Source of the DNA: Candidatus Margulisiibacteriota bacterium
Lineage (GTDB): Bacteria > Margulisbacteria > WOR-1 > JAHJIW01
Length of the DNA stretch: 64,000 nt
Assembly: GCA_018823125.1 (NCBI GenBank)
Contig: JAHJIW010000010.1
Coordinates: 26,954-90,953, forward strand
Reading direction: 5' to 3'
The notes beneath the pieces were generated by a model, which was not told the origin of the DNA, did no database searches, and was given only the letters and a program-made list of their open reading frames with translations. Shown piece by piece: positions 41,046 through 50,725 of the stretch. The translations under genes were made by a program, and so were the position numbers. Numbering within the stretch: the stretch's first letter is position 1; each line of letters opens with the position of its first letter.

Positions 41046-43199
41046 TTAACTAATCACTATCTTTGAAAAATCAGCAAATTCAAAGTACATTTTTTCGAGG
41101 GTTTTCAGCAGAGCTAAACGATTGGTTTTTATTCTTTCGTCTTCATGCATTACTAAAATATCCACAAAAAACTTCTCAACCACCGGCGTAAATTTTGATA
41201 ATTCCTGGAGAGCCGCTTCAAATTCGCCTTTTTTGATTTTCTCCCCTACTTCCCAGTTAACTTTTAAATAAGCTTCGTACATTTTTTTCTCTGCATCTTC
41301 AATAAAGTCATGTTCGAGCACATTTTCTCTTTTGGCGTTTGCGGCCAGGCGTTTGATACGGTCGGCAGACTCTACCACCCCTTTAAACCATGGCGCATTA
41401 GCATGATGCTGCAGGGCATGGGCTTTTTTGCGGGCCGCCAAAATATCATTAAATTCATATAAAGCCGCTTCGGCCAGATCATGGCGGATGCCTTCTTCTT
41501 TTAATATGTTTTTCAAGCGGTCGGCTAAAAATCGCGAGACGTTCCTAATTACTTCATCTTCGGATTTGATTTCCTGCTTGCTTTTCTTAAGATCTTTGTG
41601 GATTTTAGAGTATTGTTTATATATCTTTTCTACCATTTCTTCTAAAGAAAGATCTAATTTCTTTTCTAAAATAATTTTTACAATTCCATGTGCCTGGCGG
41701 CGCATCCCAAACGGATCGTGTGATCCAGAAGGCTTAAGTCCCAAGCTAAAACAACCGGTTAACGAATCAAATTTATCCGCCAGAGCAATGATGGTTCCTT
41801 CGGATGAATGCGGAAGAATATCTCCGGAAAATCGGGGAAGATAATGCTCAGCAATTCCTTGCGCAATTGATTTTTCCTCACCGGAAAGAATTGCATATTC
41901 CCTTCCCATAATCCCCTGCAGGTCAGTAAACTCAAAAACCATCTGCGTGGTTAGATCCGCTTTACAAAGTTCGGCTACTCTTTGCGCGCGTTTGACCGTG
42001 TGTTCATCTAAATTAAAGGTTTTTCCAATAAATTTAGCTAGCTCAATCAGGCGGTCTTTTTTCTCAAAAAGATTGCCTAACCCCTTATAAAAAGCGATCT
42101 TTTCCAGATCCTTAACGCGGGAAGCCAGTGGCACTTTTTGATCTTCTTCAAAGAAGTAACGCGCATCCGAAAGCCGGGCAGAAATAACCCGTTCGTTTCC
42201 TTCGCGCAAGGTTTTAAGATTTGATCCAACTTTACAGTTGGTCACTACCACAAACTTATTAGTTAAGTGCCCTCTTTCGTCTACCACTGGGAAATATTTT
42301 TGATTTTTCTTCATCGAGGTAATTAAAACTTCGTTAGGAACTTTTAAGAAAGCAGTTTGGAAGGCCCCCACCAGAAAATCAGGAAATTCCACTAAATAGG
42401 TAACCTCTTCCAGTAATTTCTTGTCAATAATCGGCTTCAAAACCGTACTTTCAATAATTTTTTTCACTCCGGATACAATTCTTGACCTTCTTTCGCCCTG
42501 ATCAAGAATTACTCCCAATTTTCTTAAGTATGCCTGGTATGCTTTGATATCTTTCAGGGCACTAACCGGAACTTTTTTAAATGTATTTCCACTTATAAAA
42601 CGGTGGCCTTTTACCAGGTCTCCGGATTTAACTCCCGCTAATTCAAACTTTATAACTTTTCCCGCAAAGGCGGCTACCATCCAGTGGATGGGACGGATGA
42701 ATTTAAATTCCTCCTCTCCCCAGCGCATTGAAATGGGAAGATACAAAGCAGTAATAATTTTGGGAAAGATTTCTTTCAGAATTCTATCAGTGGTAGTTCC
42801 TTTTTTAGCATATTCGACAAATACATATTCGCGGCCATCCACTTCTCTGGTAGTGAGCATTGAAACGTCCACACCTACTTTATTAGCAAAACCAAGCGCC
42901 GCTTTAGTAGGATTACCAAGCTGATCAAAGGCAAATTCTTTGGGTGGACCTTTAGCCTCAACTTTTTCATCATTTTGGCGCGGAGCCAAGTTTTCGATAT
43001 ATAAAACTAAACGCCGCGGAGTACCATAAGTTGATAAAGAAGCATAAGTAAGCTTAAGTTCAACCAGTTCCTTTTCCATTAGCTCTTTTATATTCTTGAG
43101 CATTTCCGGAATAAATCTGGCCGGAATTTCTTCGGTGCCGATTTCTAGCATGGCATTGGTTATTTTAGGTTTGATTTTATTTGGCATTATTTTTCCCAT
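41046..43199 (-). CDS. glyS: glycyl-tRNA synthetase beta subunit
   Basis: 717 aa. Conserved GlyS N-terminal region [14 protein letters not shown]-like and anticodon-binding regions. Confidence 0.9.
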   Translation of the reverse strand: MGKIMPNKIKPKITNAMLEIGTEEIPARFIPEMLKNIKELMEKELVELKLTYASLSTYGTPRRLVLYIENLAPRQNDEKVEAKGPPKEFAFDQLGNPTKAALGFANKVGVDVSMLTTREVDGREYVFVEYAKKGTTTDRILKEIFPKIITALYLPISMRWGEEEFKFIRPIHWMVAAFAGKVIKFELAGVKSGDLVKGHRFISGNTFKKVPVSALKDIKAYQAYLRKLGVILDQGERRSRIVSGVKKIIESTVLKPIIDKKLLEEVTYLVEFPDFLVGAFQTAFLKVPNEVLITSMKKNQKYFPVVDERGHLTNKFVVVTNCKVGSNLKTLREGNERVISARLSDARYFFEEDQKVPLASRVKDLEKIAFYKGLGNLFEKKDRLIELAKFIGKTFNLDEHTVKRAQRVAELCKADLTTQMVFEFTDLQGIMGREYAILSGEEKSIAQGIAEHYLPRFSGDILPHSSEGTIIALADKFDSLTGCFSLGLKPSGSHDPFGMRRQAHGIVKIILEKKLDLSLEEMVEKIYKQYSKIHKDLKKSKQEIKSEDEVIRNVSRFLADRLKNILKEEGIRHDLAEAALYEFNDILAARKKAHALQHHANAPWFKGVVESADRIKRLAANAKRENVLEHDFIEDAEKKMYEAYLKVNWEVGEKIKKGEFEAALQELSKFTPVVEKFFVDILVMHEDERIKTNRLALLKTLEKMYFEFADFSKIVIS

Positions 43200-44079
43200 T
43201 AATCAACGGATAACCCATCTCTTCCCGTTGTTCCAAATACAATCTTGCACAATCACGGGCTAATTTTCGGATCCGCCCAATATAAGCTTGTCGCTCGGTA
43301 ACTGAAATTGCACCTCTGGCATCCAGTTGATTAAATAAATGCGAACATTTTAAAGTGTAATCGTAAGCCGGCAGCACTAACTTGTGGCTGATTTGATCTT
43401 TGGCTTCTTTTTCGCAGATTCCAAATAAAAGTGAAAGCGCCTCAATATTGGCGGTTTCAAAATTATATTTTGAATGTTCTCTCTCCCCTACTAAATGAAT
43501 ATCGCCGTATTTAATGCCTTTAGTCCACTCAATATCATAAACACTATCTTTCTTTTGAATGAACATGGCGATGCGCTCTAGACCGTAAGTTAGCTCCACA
43601 CTAACCGGTTTACAGTCGAAACCACCGCATTGCTGAAAATAAGTAAACTGGGTAATTTCCATATTTTCGGCCCAGACTTCCCATCCCACACCCCACGCCC
43701 CCAACGTTGGTGATTCCCAGTTATCTTCTACAAAACGCACGTCGTGTTTAGCCGGATCAATCCCCAAATACTTTAAACTGTCCAGATAAACTTCCTGAAT
43801 ATTTTTAGGAGAAGGTTTCATGATGACCTGATACTGATAGTAATGAAAAAGGCGGTTAGGATTTTCTCCGTAGCGTCCGTCGGTAGGACGGCGTACCGGT
43901 TCAACATAAGCGACGTTAAAGGGTTCGGGGCCCAGTGCTCTAAAAAATGTGGCGGGCTGCATGGTTCCGGCGCCTTTTTCTAAATCGTAGGGCTGCTGGA
44001 TGATACATCCGTGCTGAGCCCAAAAGTGAGTTAGTTTTTCAATAATCTGCTGGAAAGACAACGGTTTATTTTTTGGCAT
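43177..44079 (-). CDS. glyQ: glycyl-tRNA synthetase alpha subunit
   Basis: 300 aa. Highly conserved GlyQ core ([17 protein letters not shown]...YYQYQV). Confidence 0.95.
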   Translation of the reverse strand: MPKNKPLSFQQIIEKLTHFWAQHGCIIQQPYDLEKGAGTMQPATFFRALGPEPFNVAYVEPVRRPTDGRYGENPNRLFHYYQYQVIMKPSPKNIQEVYLDSLKYLGIDPAKHDVRFVEDNWESPTLGAWGVGWEVWAENMEITQFTYFQQCGGFDCKPVSVELTYGLERIAMFIQKKDSVYDIEWTKGIKYGDIHLVGEREHSKYNFETANIEALSLLFGICEKEAKDQISHKLVLPAYDYTLKCSHLFNQLDARGAISVTERQAYIGRIRKLARDCARLYLEQREEMGYPLINGKNNAK

Positions 44080-44119
44080 TACCGGGAAATATTAACATGC
44101 AGAAAATTTATAAACAAGT

Positions 44120-45631
44120 TTAAAACGTATAAACAAAAGCGGATCCGGCATCTGCTTTATCATTAATCGTGGCGAGCGGCGCTCCAATTATAATATCGTC
44201 TTTACCGTCGCCATTGACATCCCCGGCTCCGGCCACCGCCGAACCAAATCTCCCCCCCGCCACCGTACCATTGATTTGATACCGCAGCGCCCCGTGTGCG
44301 CCAGAACATACCCGGACCGCACCGGCACCTTTTACATTATCGGGCGAATCATTGGATAATCCAATAATAAAATCATTATAGCCATCACCGTTAACGTCTC
44401 CCGCTCCGGCCAGCGCATAACCAAATAAATCTTCTTCGGCTTCTCCGTCTAATCGATAGAGTAATTTTCCATTAATACCCGAATATGCGTATACCGAACC
44501 CGCGGCGCGTAAATCTCTGGGCGATGCAATGGGTGCTCCCACGGCAAAATCAGCGTAACCATCTTTGTTTACATCTCCGATCCCGGCTACCGCAGAACCA
44601 AAACGATTTTCTTCACCCTCGCCATTTAACTGATAAAGCAGTGCTCCGTCCGCACCCGAAAATACATAAGCCGCTCCGGTATTTTTTACTCCGGACAAAC
44701 TAGCATAGGGTGCTCCGGCAATAAAATCTCCCCGACCGTCACCGTTGATATCCCCCACTCCGGCAACCGCAGTTCCCAGCTGCCCACCATCATCAATCCC
44801 CCCCACCTGATAAAGCAATGCTCCGTTGGCTCCCGAAAATAAAGTTACTACTCCGTTCCAGTTTTTTCCTCCGGAACTAGCCCGCCGTGAACCGACAATA
44901 AAATCATCAATTCCATCCCCGTTAGTGTCTGGCACACTGGCAACCGCTACTCCAAATTGTTCTTCTGCTTCAAATCCATTTTTTTGATACAGAAGTGTAC
45001 CATTCACTCCGGAGTAAACATAAACCGATCCGGCATTTTTTAATCCTCCGGGAGAGGCCTGAGCTGCTCCAACGATAAAATCATCCCGGTCATCGCCGTT
45101 GATATCCTTAATCCCGGCACAGGAACGGCCAAACTGATCATCTTCGGCCTGGCCGAATTTTTGCTGCAGCAAGGCTCCGTTCAATCCTGAATAAACGTAA
45201 ACCGAACCTTTATAATTATCAAATTTATACGCACCTACCATGAAATCCGTATACCCGTCTCCGTTAACATCAATATTACCTGCCACTGCATAACCGAATA
45301 AATTATAGGCCGCCTCCCCATCTTTTTGATAAAGGAGCGCACCGCCGGGAGCAAAAGAAGTAGAGGTATCAGCAGTTACGGTACCAGAACTTAAAATTTC
45401 TGCTTTTAGATTTTGCGCGCGGACCAATTCTTTGCGTTTGATAGTAAGCAGCTCAGTAACTTTTTTGGATTGTTTTTTCTTTCTGGCAGCGGCAATTTTG
45501 TTATCTAACAATTTGATGTATTTTCTTACTTTGTCCAGTTCGGCTTTTTTTTCGGCTACTCCCGCAAAAGCCACCCCAATCGCTAAACTAATAAAAATCA
45601 GCAGGAGCAGGTATTTAAAAACTTTTTTCAT
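44120..45631 (-). CDS. secreted FG-GAP (integrin-alpha-like) seven-blade beta-propeller protein with N-terminal coiled-coil module
   Basis: 503 aa. Signal peptide. Coiled coil KKAELDKVRKYIKLLDNKIAAARKKK. About 7 repeats of D(V/I/T)NGDG.DDFxxGA...G.VYVxSGxNGxLLYQ...EEQFGxAVAG. Confidence 0.7.
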   Translation of the reverse strand: MKKVFKYLLLLIFISLAIGVAFAGVAEKKAELDKVRKYIKLLDNKIAAARKKKQSKKVTELLTIKRKELVRAQNLKAEILSSGTVTADTSTSFAPGGALLYQKDGEAAYNLFGYAVAGNIDVNGDGYTDFMVGAYKFDNYKGSVYVYSGLNGALLQQKFGQAEDDQFGRSCAGIKDINGDDRDDFIVGAAQASPGGLKNAGSVYVYSGVNGTLLYQKNGFEAEEQFGVAVASVPDTNGDGIDDFIVGSRRASSGGKNWNGVVTLFSGANGALLYQVGGIDDGGQLGTAVAGVGDINGDGRGDFIAGAPYASLSGVKNTGAAYVFSGADGALLYQLNGEGEENRFGSAVAGIGDVNKDGYADFAVGAPIASPRDLRAAGSVYAYSGINGKLLYRLDGEAEEDLFGYALAGAGDVNGDGYNDFIIGLSNDSPDNVKGAGAVRVCSGAHGALRYQINGTVAGGRFGSAVAGAGDVNGDGKDDIIIGAPLATINDKADAGSAFVYTF

Positions 45632-45637
45632 ATTTAA

Positions 45638-46354
45638 TTATAATTTATAAACTATTTCGGCGATGGCTCCGGTAGCGGTCCCGTATCCAACCTGAACGCC
45701 AAAGTTTTCAACTTGTCTTCCAATAATTAAACTAATATCAGTATGACTGCCTTGGGCCACATTACCGGAAAGACCTAAAACATTGCCTACGGTCTGGGAA
45801 TAGGAAGCCATCCCTACACCAACGCCAACATAATTTTCACCAAAAGGTCGAAATATACTTATTTTTGCCATGGGAACTGTGTATTGATTGCCAATATAGT
45901 ATCTGCCATCAAAAGTTAAACTAAAAATATCCGAAAGCGGAACAACATAACCCACGCCAATCGCTCCTCCACCACAACCATAACCACCCAAAACCGAAAA
46001 ACCTTGGCCCCAAAAAGATTTCGGCTGCTCTGGTGCAACATAAGGTTCGGCAATTATCTCCTCAATTATTACATCTTTAACTTCAATGGGCTCAGCGCCC
46101 CCATCTTCCAGATATTCAATTTCTTCTTTCAGGGATTTAGCTCGTGCTAAATTAGTTTTTTTAATTTTTTGCAGGTTGAGCACTCGGGCTTTATCCCCTT
46201 TGGATCTGGCAAATTTAATTTTATTATCTAAAAGTTGGATATATTTTTTTACTTTGGCTAATTCCTGCTTCTTTTCGGGTAGCTCCGCAAAACTTATTCC
46301 GCAAAAAACTATTAAAACCAATAAAACCAAAAAACTCAGTGCAAACTTTTTCAT
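45638..46354 (-). CDS. secreted protein: N-terminal coiled-coil module paralogous to the FG-GAP protein, plus a Gly-rich putative beta-barrel C-terminal domain
   Basis: 238 aa. Signal peptide. Coiled coil KKQELAKVKKYIQLLDNKIKFARSKG. C-terminal 130 aa Gly-rich alternating strands. GAGGAGG RBS. Confidence 0.55.
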   Translation of the reverse strand: MKKFALSFLVLLVLIVFCGISFAELPEKKQELAKVKKYIQLLDNKIKFARSKGDKARVLNLQKIKKTNLARAKSLKEEIEYLEDGGAEPIEVKDVIIEEIIAEPYVAPEQPKSFWGQGFSVLGGYGCGGGAIGVGYVVPLSDIFSLTFDGRYYIGNQYTVPMAKISIFRPFGENYVGVGVGMASYSQTVGNVLGLSGNVAQGSHTDISLIIGRQVENFGVQVGYGTATGAIAEIVYKL

Positions 46355-46371
46355 TTTATATCCTCCTCAAC

Positions 46372-47757
46372 TTAATTGACTGAACGCGCATATTTTATGG
46401 TGCGATTGGTTTCATCGTAGTAAGTAATATGTACAATACCGCTCAAATCCACCGCAATGGATGTATATTCTCCTACTTGAGCGGCAGCATCAGCTACCAT
46501 CGTAGACCACCCTTTTGCGTCTTTTACCGCATACATCAATCTTTCATTAGTAAAGTCATAATAACTAATATGAATCATTCCGGTTGAAGTAACCGCAATC
46601 GATGTGTAACCTCCAGCGTTATCGGCTGAATCATCAATTGTTAGCGTAACCCAACTGCCTGAAGAATTAGTGGCATATTTCAGGTCCCCATTAGTTGAGT
46701 CATAATAACTGATATGTGCATTGCCACTTGAATCCAACGCAATAGAAGTATACTGTCCAACATTATCTTTACTATCCACTGCAGTAGTTGTCCACCCACT
46801 CCAATTACCGGTTGCATACATCAGATTACCACTAATAAAATGATAATAACTAATGTGAATATCATCACCTGAATCTATCGCCGAATCACAATCATTGCCT
46901 TCCAGACTGGTAGCTACAATATTTTGGGTTTCCCAGGTGCCGGAAGTATTGCGGGCATGTTTTATTGCCAATGCAGTCTGGTCCCAATAAGTAATATGTG
47001 GCTTACTGCCAGAATCAAAGTGCAAAGAAACATCCGTCATGTTTCCTGAATTATCAACAATTGTTTGGCCCCAAGTTCCACCAGATTTATCAGAGTACTC
47101 AAGATCACCGGTTATGGATCTAACCGAAGCTATGTAAGGAACGGTCCCCAAAAGTGCAATGGAAGTACTTCGGGTTCCTCCGGTATCAGACCAGACTTGT
47201 ACCGGCACCCATGTTCCAGTTAAGTTAGTGTTATACCGCAACCCACCCGGAGAAGTATATTGCCCATAACTAACGTGAAGGAATTGGCTAGAATCAAGCG
47301 CAATTGACGTGCCGTAGCCACACCACTCTCCGAGAACAGAATCAATACTAAACGTTTCAAAAGAAGTGGGTTGAGTAGTGAAGCTCCAGGTGTGATCACT
47401 ATTCAGCGTACTAGCACCATCAGCAGATTTAACTCCGGCATGAACCGTGGCAGTATAAGTTACATTTCTTTCTAAATTTGCACTCGGTGTAAAAGTTGCC
47501 ACAAAACTAGCTGAATTATAAGTAATCGTGCCCGAAACCGATCCTTCCGGTGAAGCGACGGTAAAAGTAGCCGTGGTAATGGTTGAAGCATCCATATTGA
47601 TACTGAATTCTGCAGAAATCGTGGTTCCCAGCCAAACCCCGGCCGCCCCATCCAACGGAAAAACATCGTTGATCAAAAGCGAAGAGATTACCCTACCACA
47701 CCCGATCATAAAAATTAACAACATTATGCCAAAAATTATTAAAAATGCTCTTTTCAT
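46372..47757 (-). CDS. putative lipoprotein with Ig-like (Big) domain and a beta-propeller repeat domain
   Basis: The Met at 47757 has a GGGAGGA RBS; the ORF extends to 47811. Signal peptide with ...FMIGC lipobox-like site. About 7 repeats of YTSIA(L/V)DSSGNxHISYYDxxNGxLKYA. Confidence 0.6.
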   Translation of the reverse strand: MKRAFLIIFGIMLLIFMIGCGRVISSLLINDVFPLDGAAGVWLGTTISAEFSINMDASTITTATFTVASPEGSVSGTITYNSASFVATFTPSANLERNVTYTATVHAGVKSADGASTLNSDHTWSFTTQPTSFETFSIDSVLGEWCGYGTSIALDSSQFLHVSYGQYTSPGGLRYNTNLTGTWVPVQVWSDTGGTRSTSIALLGTVPYIASVRSITGDLEYSDKSGGTWGQTIVDNSGNMTDVSLHFDSGSKPHITYWDQTALAIKHARNTSGTWETQNIVATSLEGNDCDSAIDSGDDIHISYYHFISGNLMYATGNWSGWTTTAVDSKDNVGQYTSIALDSSGNAHISYYDSTNGDLKYATNSSGSWVTLTIDDSADNAGGYTSIAVTSTGMIHISYYDFTNERLMYAVKDAKGWSTMVADAAAQVGEYTSIAVDLSGIVHITYYDETNRTIKYARSVN

Positions 47758-47867
47758 ATTATTTCCTCCCAGTATTGCCAAAATATTAACACGCTCAATT
47801 TTAAGAAGCAAGAAACATATATAGTTTCTATTGCCTTACACTATTCTTATATAGTAAACTATACCAC

Positions 47868-48881
47868 GTGATAAAAACAGCAATAAAAAAGGTACTAGAT
47901 AACCAAAATTTAACTAAAGAAGAAGCCGAACTTACCATGAACTTTATCATGGACGGAAATGCCACCCCTTCACAGATTTCGGCTCTTTTAATTGCCCTGC
48001 GCTGCAAAGGCGAATCGATTGAAGAAATCACCGGATTTGCCTCTTCCATGCGTGAGCATGCTACCAAAATATTCCCGAAAGAAAAAAATCTGGTAGATAC
48101 CTGCGGAACCGGGGGCGACGTCTCCGGCTCTTTTAATATTTCAACGGTTGCCGCATTTGTGGCTGCTGGCGCAGGAGTAAGAGTAGCCAAACACGGCAAT
48201 CGTTCGGTTTCTTCTAAATGCGGCAGCGCCGACCTACTAGAAGCTTTGGGAGTAAAAATTGATATTCCACCCCAAAAAGTGGAAGAGTGTATTAACGAAG
48301 TTGGCATCGGATTTATTTATGCGCCAAAATTCCACGGCGCCATGAAACACGCCATGCCGACCAGGCGAGAAATCGGGATCAGAACCGTATTTAACATTTT
48401 GGGCCCGATCACTAACCCTGCCGGCGCCAAACACCAAATCTTAGGAGTATTTTCCGAAAAATTAACCGAAACCATGGCCAACGTTCTAAAAAACCTGGGT
48501 GCCACCGAAGCCATGATTGTACACGGCATGGATGGCCTGGATGAAATCTCCATTTCTGATAAAACTAAAGTCTCGCACCTGAAAAATGGCAAGATCAAAA
48601 ACTATTTTATTAAACCCGAAGATCTTAAACTTAAAAAATACCCTCACCAGGAAATTTTAGGCGGGTCAGTAGAAGAAAACAAAAATATTGCCACCCAAAT
48701 ATTAAACGGAACTGAAAAAGGAGCCAAAAGAGCCATTACCCTTATCAATGCGGCCGCTGCCATTTTAGTTTCGGGATTAGCTAAAGATTTAAAGCAAGCC
48801 AAGGATTTAGCCGAACGCGCAATCGATACCGGAGATGCGCTGGAAAAATTAAATAAAATGATAGGATTTACCAATGGATAA
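47868..48881 (+). CDS. trpD: anthranilate phosphoribosyltransferase-like protein (TrpD / glycosyltransferase family 3)
   Basis: 337 aa. GTGGD and KHGNRS motifs. GTG start. Stop overlaps the lptB ATG by 8 nt. No other trp genes in the window. Confidence 0.7.
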   Translation: MIKTAIKKVLDNQNLTKEEAELTMNFIMDGNATPSQISALLIALRCKGESIEEITGFASSMREHATKIFPKEKNLVDTCGTGGDVSGSFNISTVAAFVAAGAGVRVAKHGNRSVSSKCGSADLLEALGVKIDIPPQKVEECINEVGIGFIYAPKFHGAMKHAMPTRREIGIRTVFNILGPITNPAGAKHQILGVFSEKLTETMANVLKNLGATEAMIVHGMDGLDEISISDKTKVSHLKNGKIKNYFIKPEDLKLKKYPHQEILGGSVEENKNIATQILNGTEKGAKRAITLINAAAAILVSGLAKDLKQAKDLAERAIDTGDALEKLNKMIGFTNG

Positions 48882-49617
48882 ATTTGAACCCGGCATCAGA
48901 ATCAGAACCGATAAATTAGTAAAATATTACAAAGACAAACTAGCCGTGGATAAAATCAGCCTGGAAGTAGCCCGCGGGGAAATTGTGGGAGTGCTGGGCC
49001 CCAACGGCGCCGGTAAAACCACTACTTTCTACATGGTCGTCGGACTCATTCAGCCAAACTCCGGAAAAGTATTCATGGGCGATCGCGAAATCACCCACTT
49101 CCCCATGCATCGCAGATCACAAATGGGAATTGGCTACCTGCCCCAAGAACCTTCTATTTTCAGAAAATTGTCGGTAGAAGAAAATATTAAAATCCTTTGG
49201 GAATTGAATCCAAATATCAAGAAATCAGATTACGAATCTCTTCTGGTGAAATTATTAGACGAACTAGGCGTAACGCACTTAAGAAAACAAAAAGCCTATA
49301 CCCTATCCGGCGGCGAACAACGCCGGGTGGAAATCGCGAGAGCTTTAGCTACCAATCCCGCATTTCTTCTGTTAGACGAACCTTTTACCGGTATCGATCC
49401 TAAAACGGTAACCGAATTGCAAGGAATCATCCGACAATTAAAAGATAAAGGATTAGGTATTTTAATTACTGATCATAACGTCAGAGAAACACTCGCCATT
49501 ACCGATCACGCTTACATTGTGCACGAAGGAAAAATCTTACTCTCCGGAAAATCCGAAGAAATCGCTAATAACGAAGAAGCTAAGAAATTCTATCTGGGAG
49601 ATCGTTTTTCGCTTTAA
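48874..49617 (+). CDS. lptB: LPS export ABC transporter ATP-binding protein
   Basis: 247 aa. Walker A GPNGAGKTT. ABC signature LSGGEQRR. LptB-like length, followed by an lptF/G permease gene. Confidence 0.85.
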   Translation: MDKFEPGIRIRTDKLVKYYKDKLAVDKISLEVARGEIVGVLGPNGAGKTTTFYMVVGLIQPNSGKVFMGDREITHFPMHRRSQMGIGYLPQEPSIFRKLSVEENIKILWELNPNIKKSDYESLLVKLLDELGVTHLRKQKAYTLSGGEQRRVEIARALATNPAFLLLDEPFTGIDPKTVTELQGIIRQLKDKGLGILITDHNVRETLAITDHAYIVHEGKILLSGKSEEIANNEEAKKFYLGDRFSL

Positions 49618-49632
49618 AGTCTGGACGTAATT

Positions 49633-50724
49633 ATGCTGAAAATTATTGACCGCTACATACTTAAAGAACTGATCGATCCTTTTCTTTTTGGCTTAGGATC
49701 TTTTACCGCGGTTTTATCTGCTTCGGTTAGTTTATTTGGCTTAGTCCAAGCCGTAATCATCAAAGGTATGCCGCTTTGGGTTGCGGTTCAAATCTACCTT
49801 TACGAATTACCGGGAACCATGGTGTACATTTTCCCCATGGCCACACTTTTGGCCGCTCTTTTGGCCTTTGCCCGCCTTTCCGGCAACAGCGAAATTATTG
49901 CTTTCCGGGCATCCGGTATCAGTTTATACCGCATCATCATCCCGGTGATGGCGTTGGGCCTGGCAATCAGCTTAACCGCTTTAGTCTTTCAAGAAATTGT
50001 GGTTCCCGAATCAAATCAGGCCGCCAAAAATCTATTAGTAGAAACCGCTTCCAAGCACACGCCTCAAATAAAAGAAAACGTTTTTGTTCCCGAGCTAAAA
50101 AACGGCGAATTAAAACGTATTTTTTATGCACGGCGCATGGAAGGCAGCGTCATGGAAGGCGTCATTGTTCAAGAATTCACCGACGGTAGTTTGAGTCAAA
50201 TCATTAATGCCAACCAAGCTTCCTGGCAAGGCCAGCGCGACCAGTGGCTTTTTAAAAACGGAGTAATTTACCTCTTAACCGAAAGCGGCGAATACAAACA
50301 TCTGATTAAATTTAAGGAGCAATACATTTCAATCAAGTATACCCCCGCCGACTTTTACGTCGGAGACAAAAATCCCGAAGAAATGACCTTTGCCGACTTA
50401 AGAGAATACATTGCCCTCAAGGAAAGAATGGGAGCCGACGTTACGGATTTAAAAATTCAGCTAAACATGAAACTGGCGATCCCCTTTGCCAGCTTGGTTT
50501 TTGTGTTAATCGGAGCTCCGCTCGGTCTTTTTCCCAAAAGAGCTTCTTCTTCGATTGGTTTTGGCCTTTCGATCATCGTGATCTTTGCTTATTACATTCT
50601 GATGTTTGTCAGTATGTCCTTCGGAGAATTGAAGGTTTTGCCGCCGGTAGTGGCCGCCTGGTTACCCAATATTATTACCGGTGGTTTTGGATTTTATTTA
50701 CTAAGTAAAAAGGCCAGCACTTAA
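49633..50724 (+). CDS. LPS export permease, LptF/LptG (YjgP/YjgQ) family
   Basis: 363 aa. N-terminus IIDRYILKELIDPFLFGL. 6 TM helices with a periplasmic beta-jellyroll insert. Confidence 0.8.
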   Translation: MLKIIDRYILKELIDPFLFGLGSFTAVLSASVSLFGLVQAVIIKGMPLWVAVQIYLYELPGTMVYIFPMATLLAALLAFARLSGNSEIIAFRASGISLYRIIIPVMALGLAISLTALVFQEIVVPESNQAAKNLLVETASKHTPQIKENVFVPELKNGELKRIFYARRMEGSVMEGVIVQEFTDGSLSQIINANQASWQGQRDQWLFKNGVIYLLTESGEYKHLIKFKEQYISIKYTPADFYVGDKNPEEMTFADLREYIALKERMGADVTDLKIQLNMKLAIPFASLVFVLIGAPLGLFPKRASSSIGFGLSIIVIFAYYILMFVSMSFGELKVLPPVVAAWLPNIITGGFGFYLLSKKAST

Positions 50725-50725
50725 A

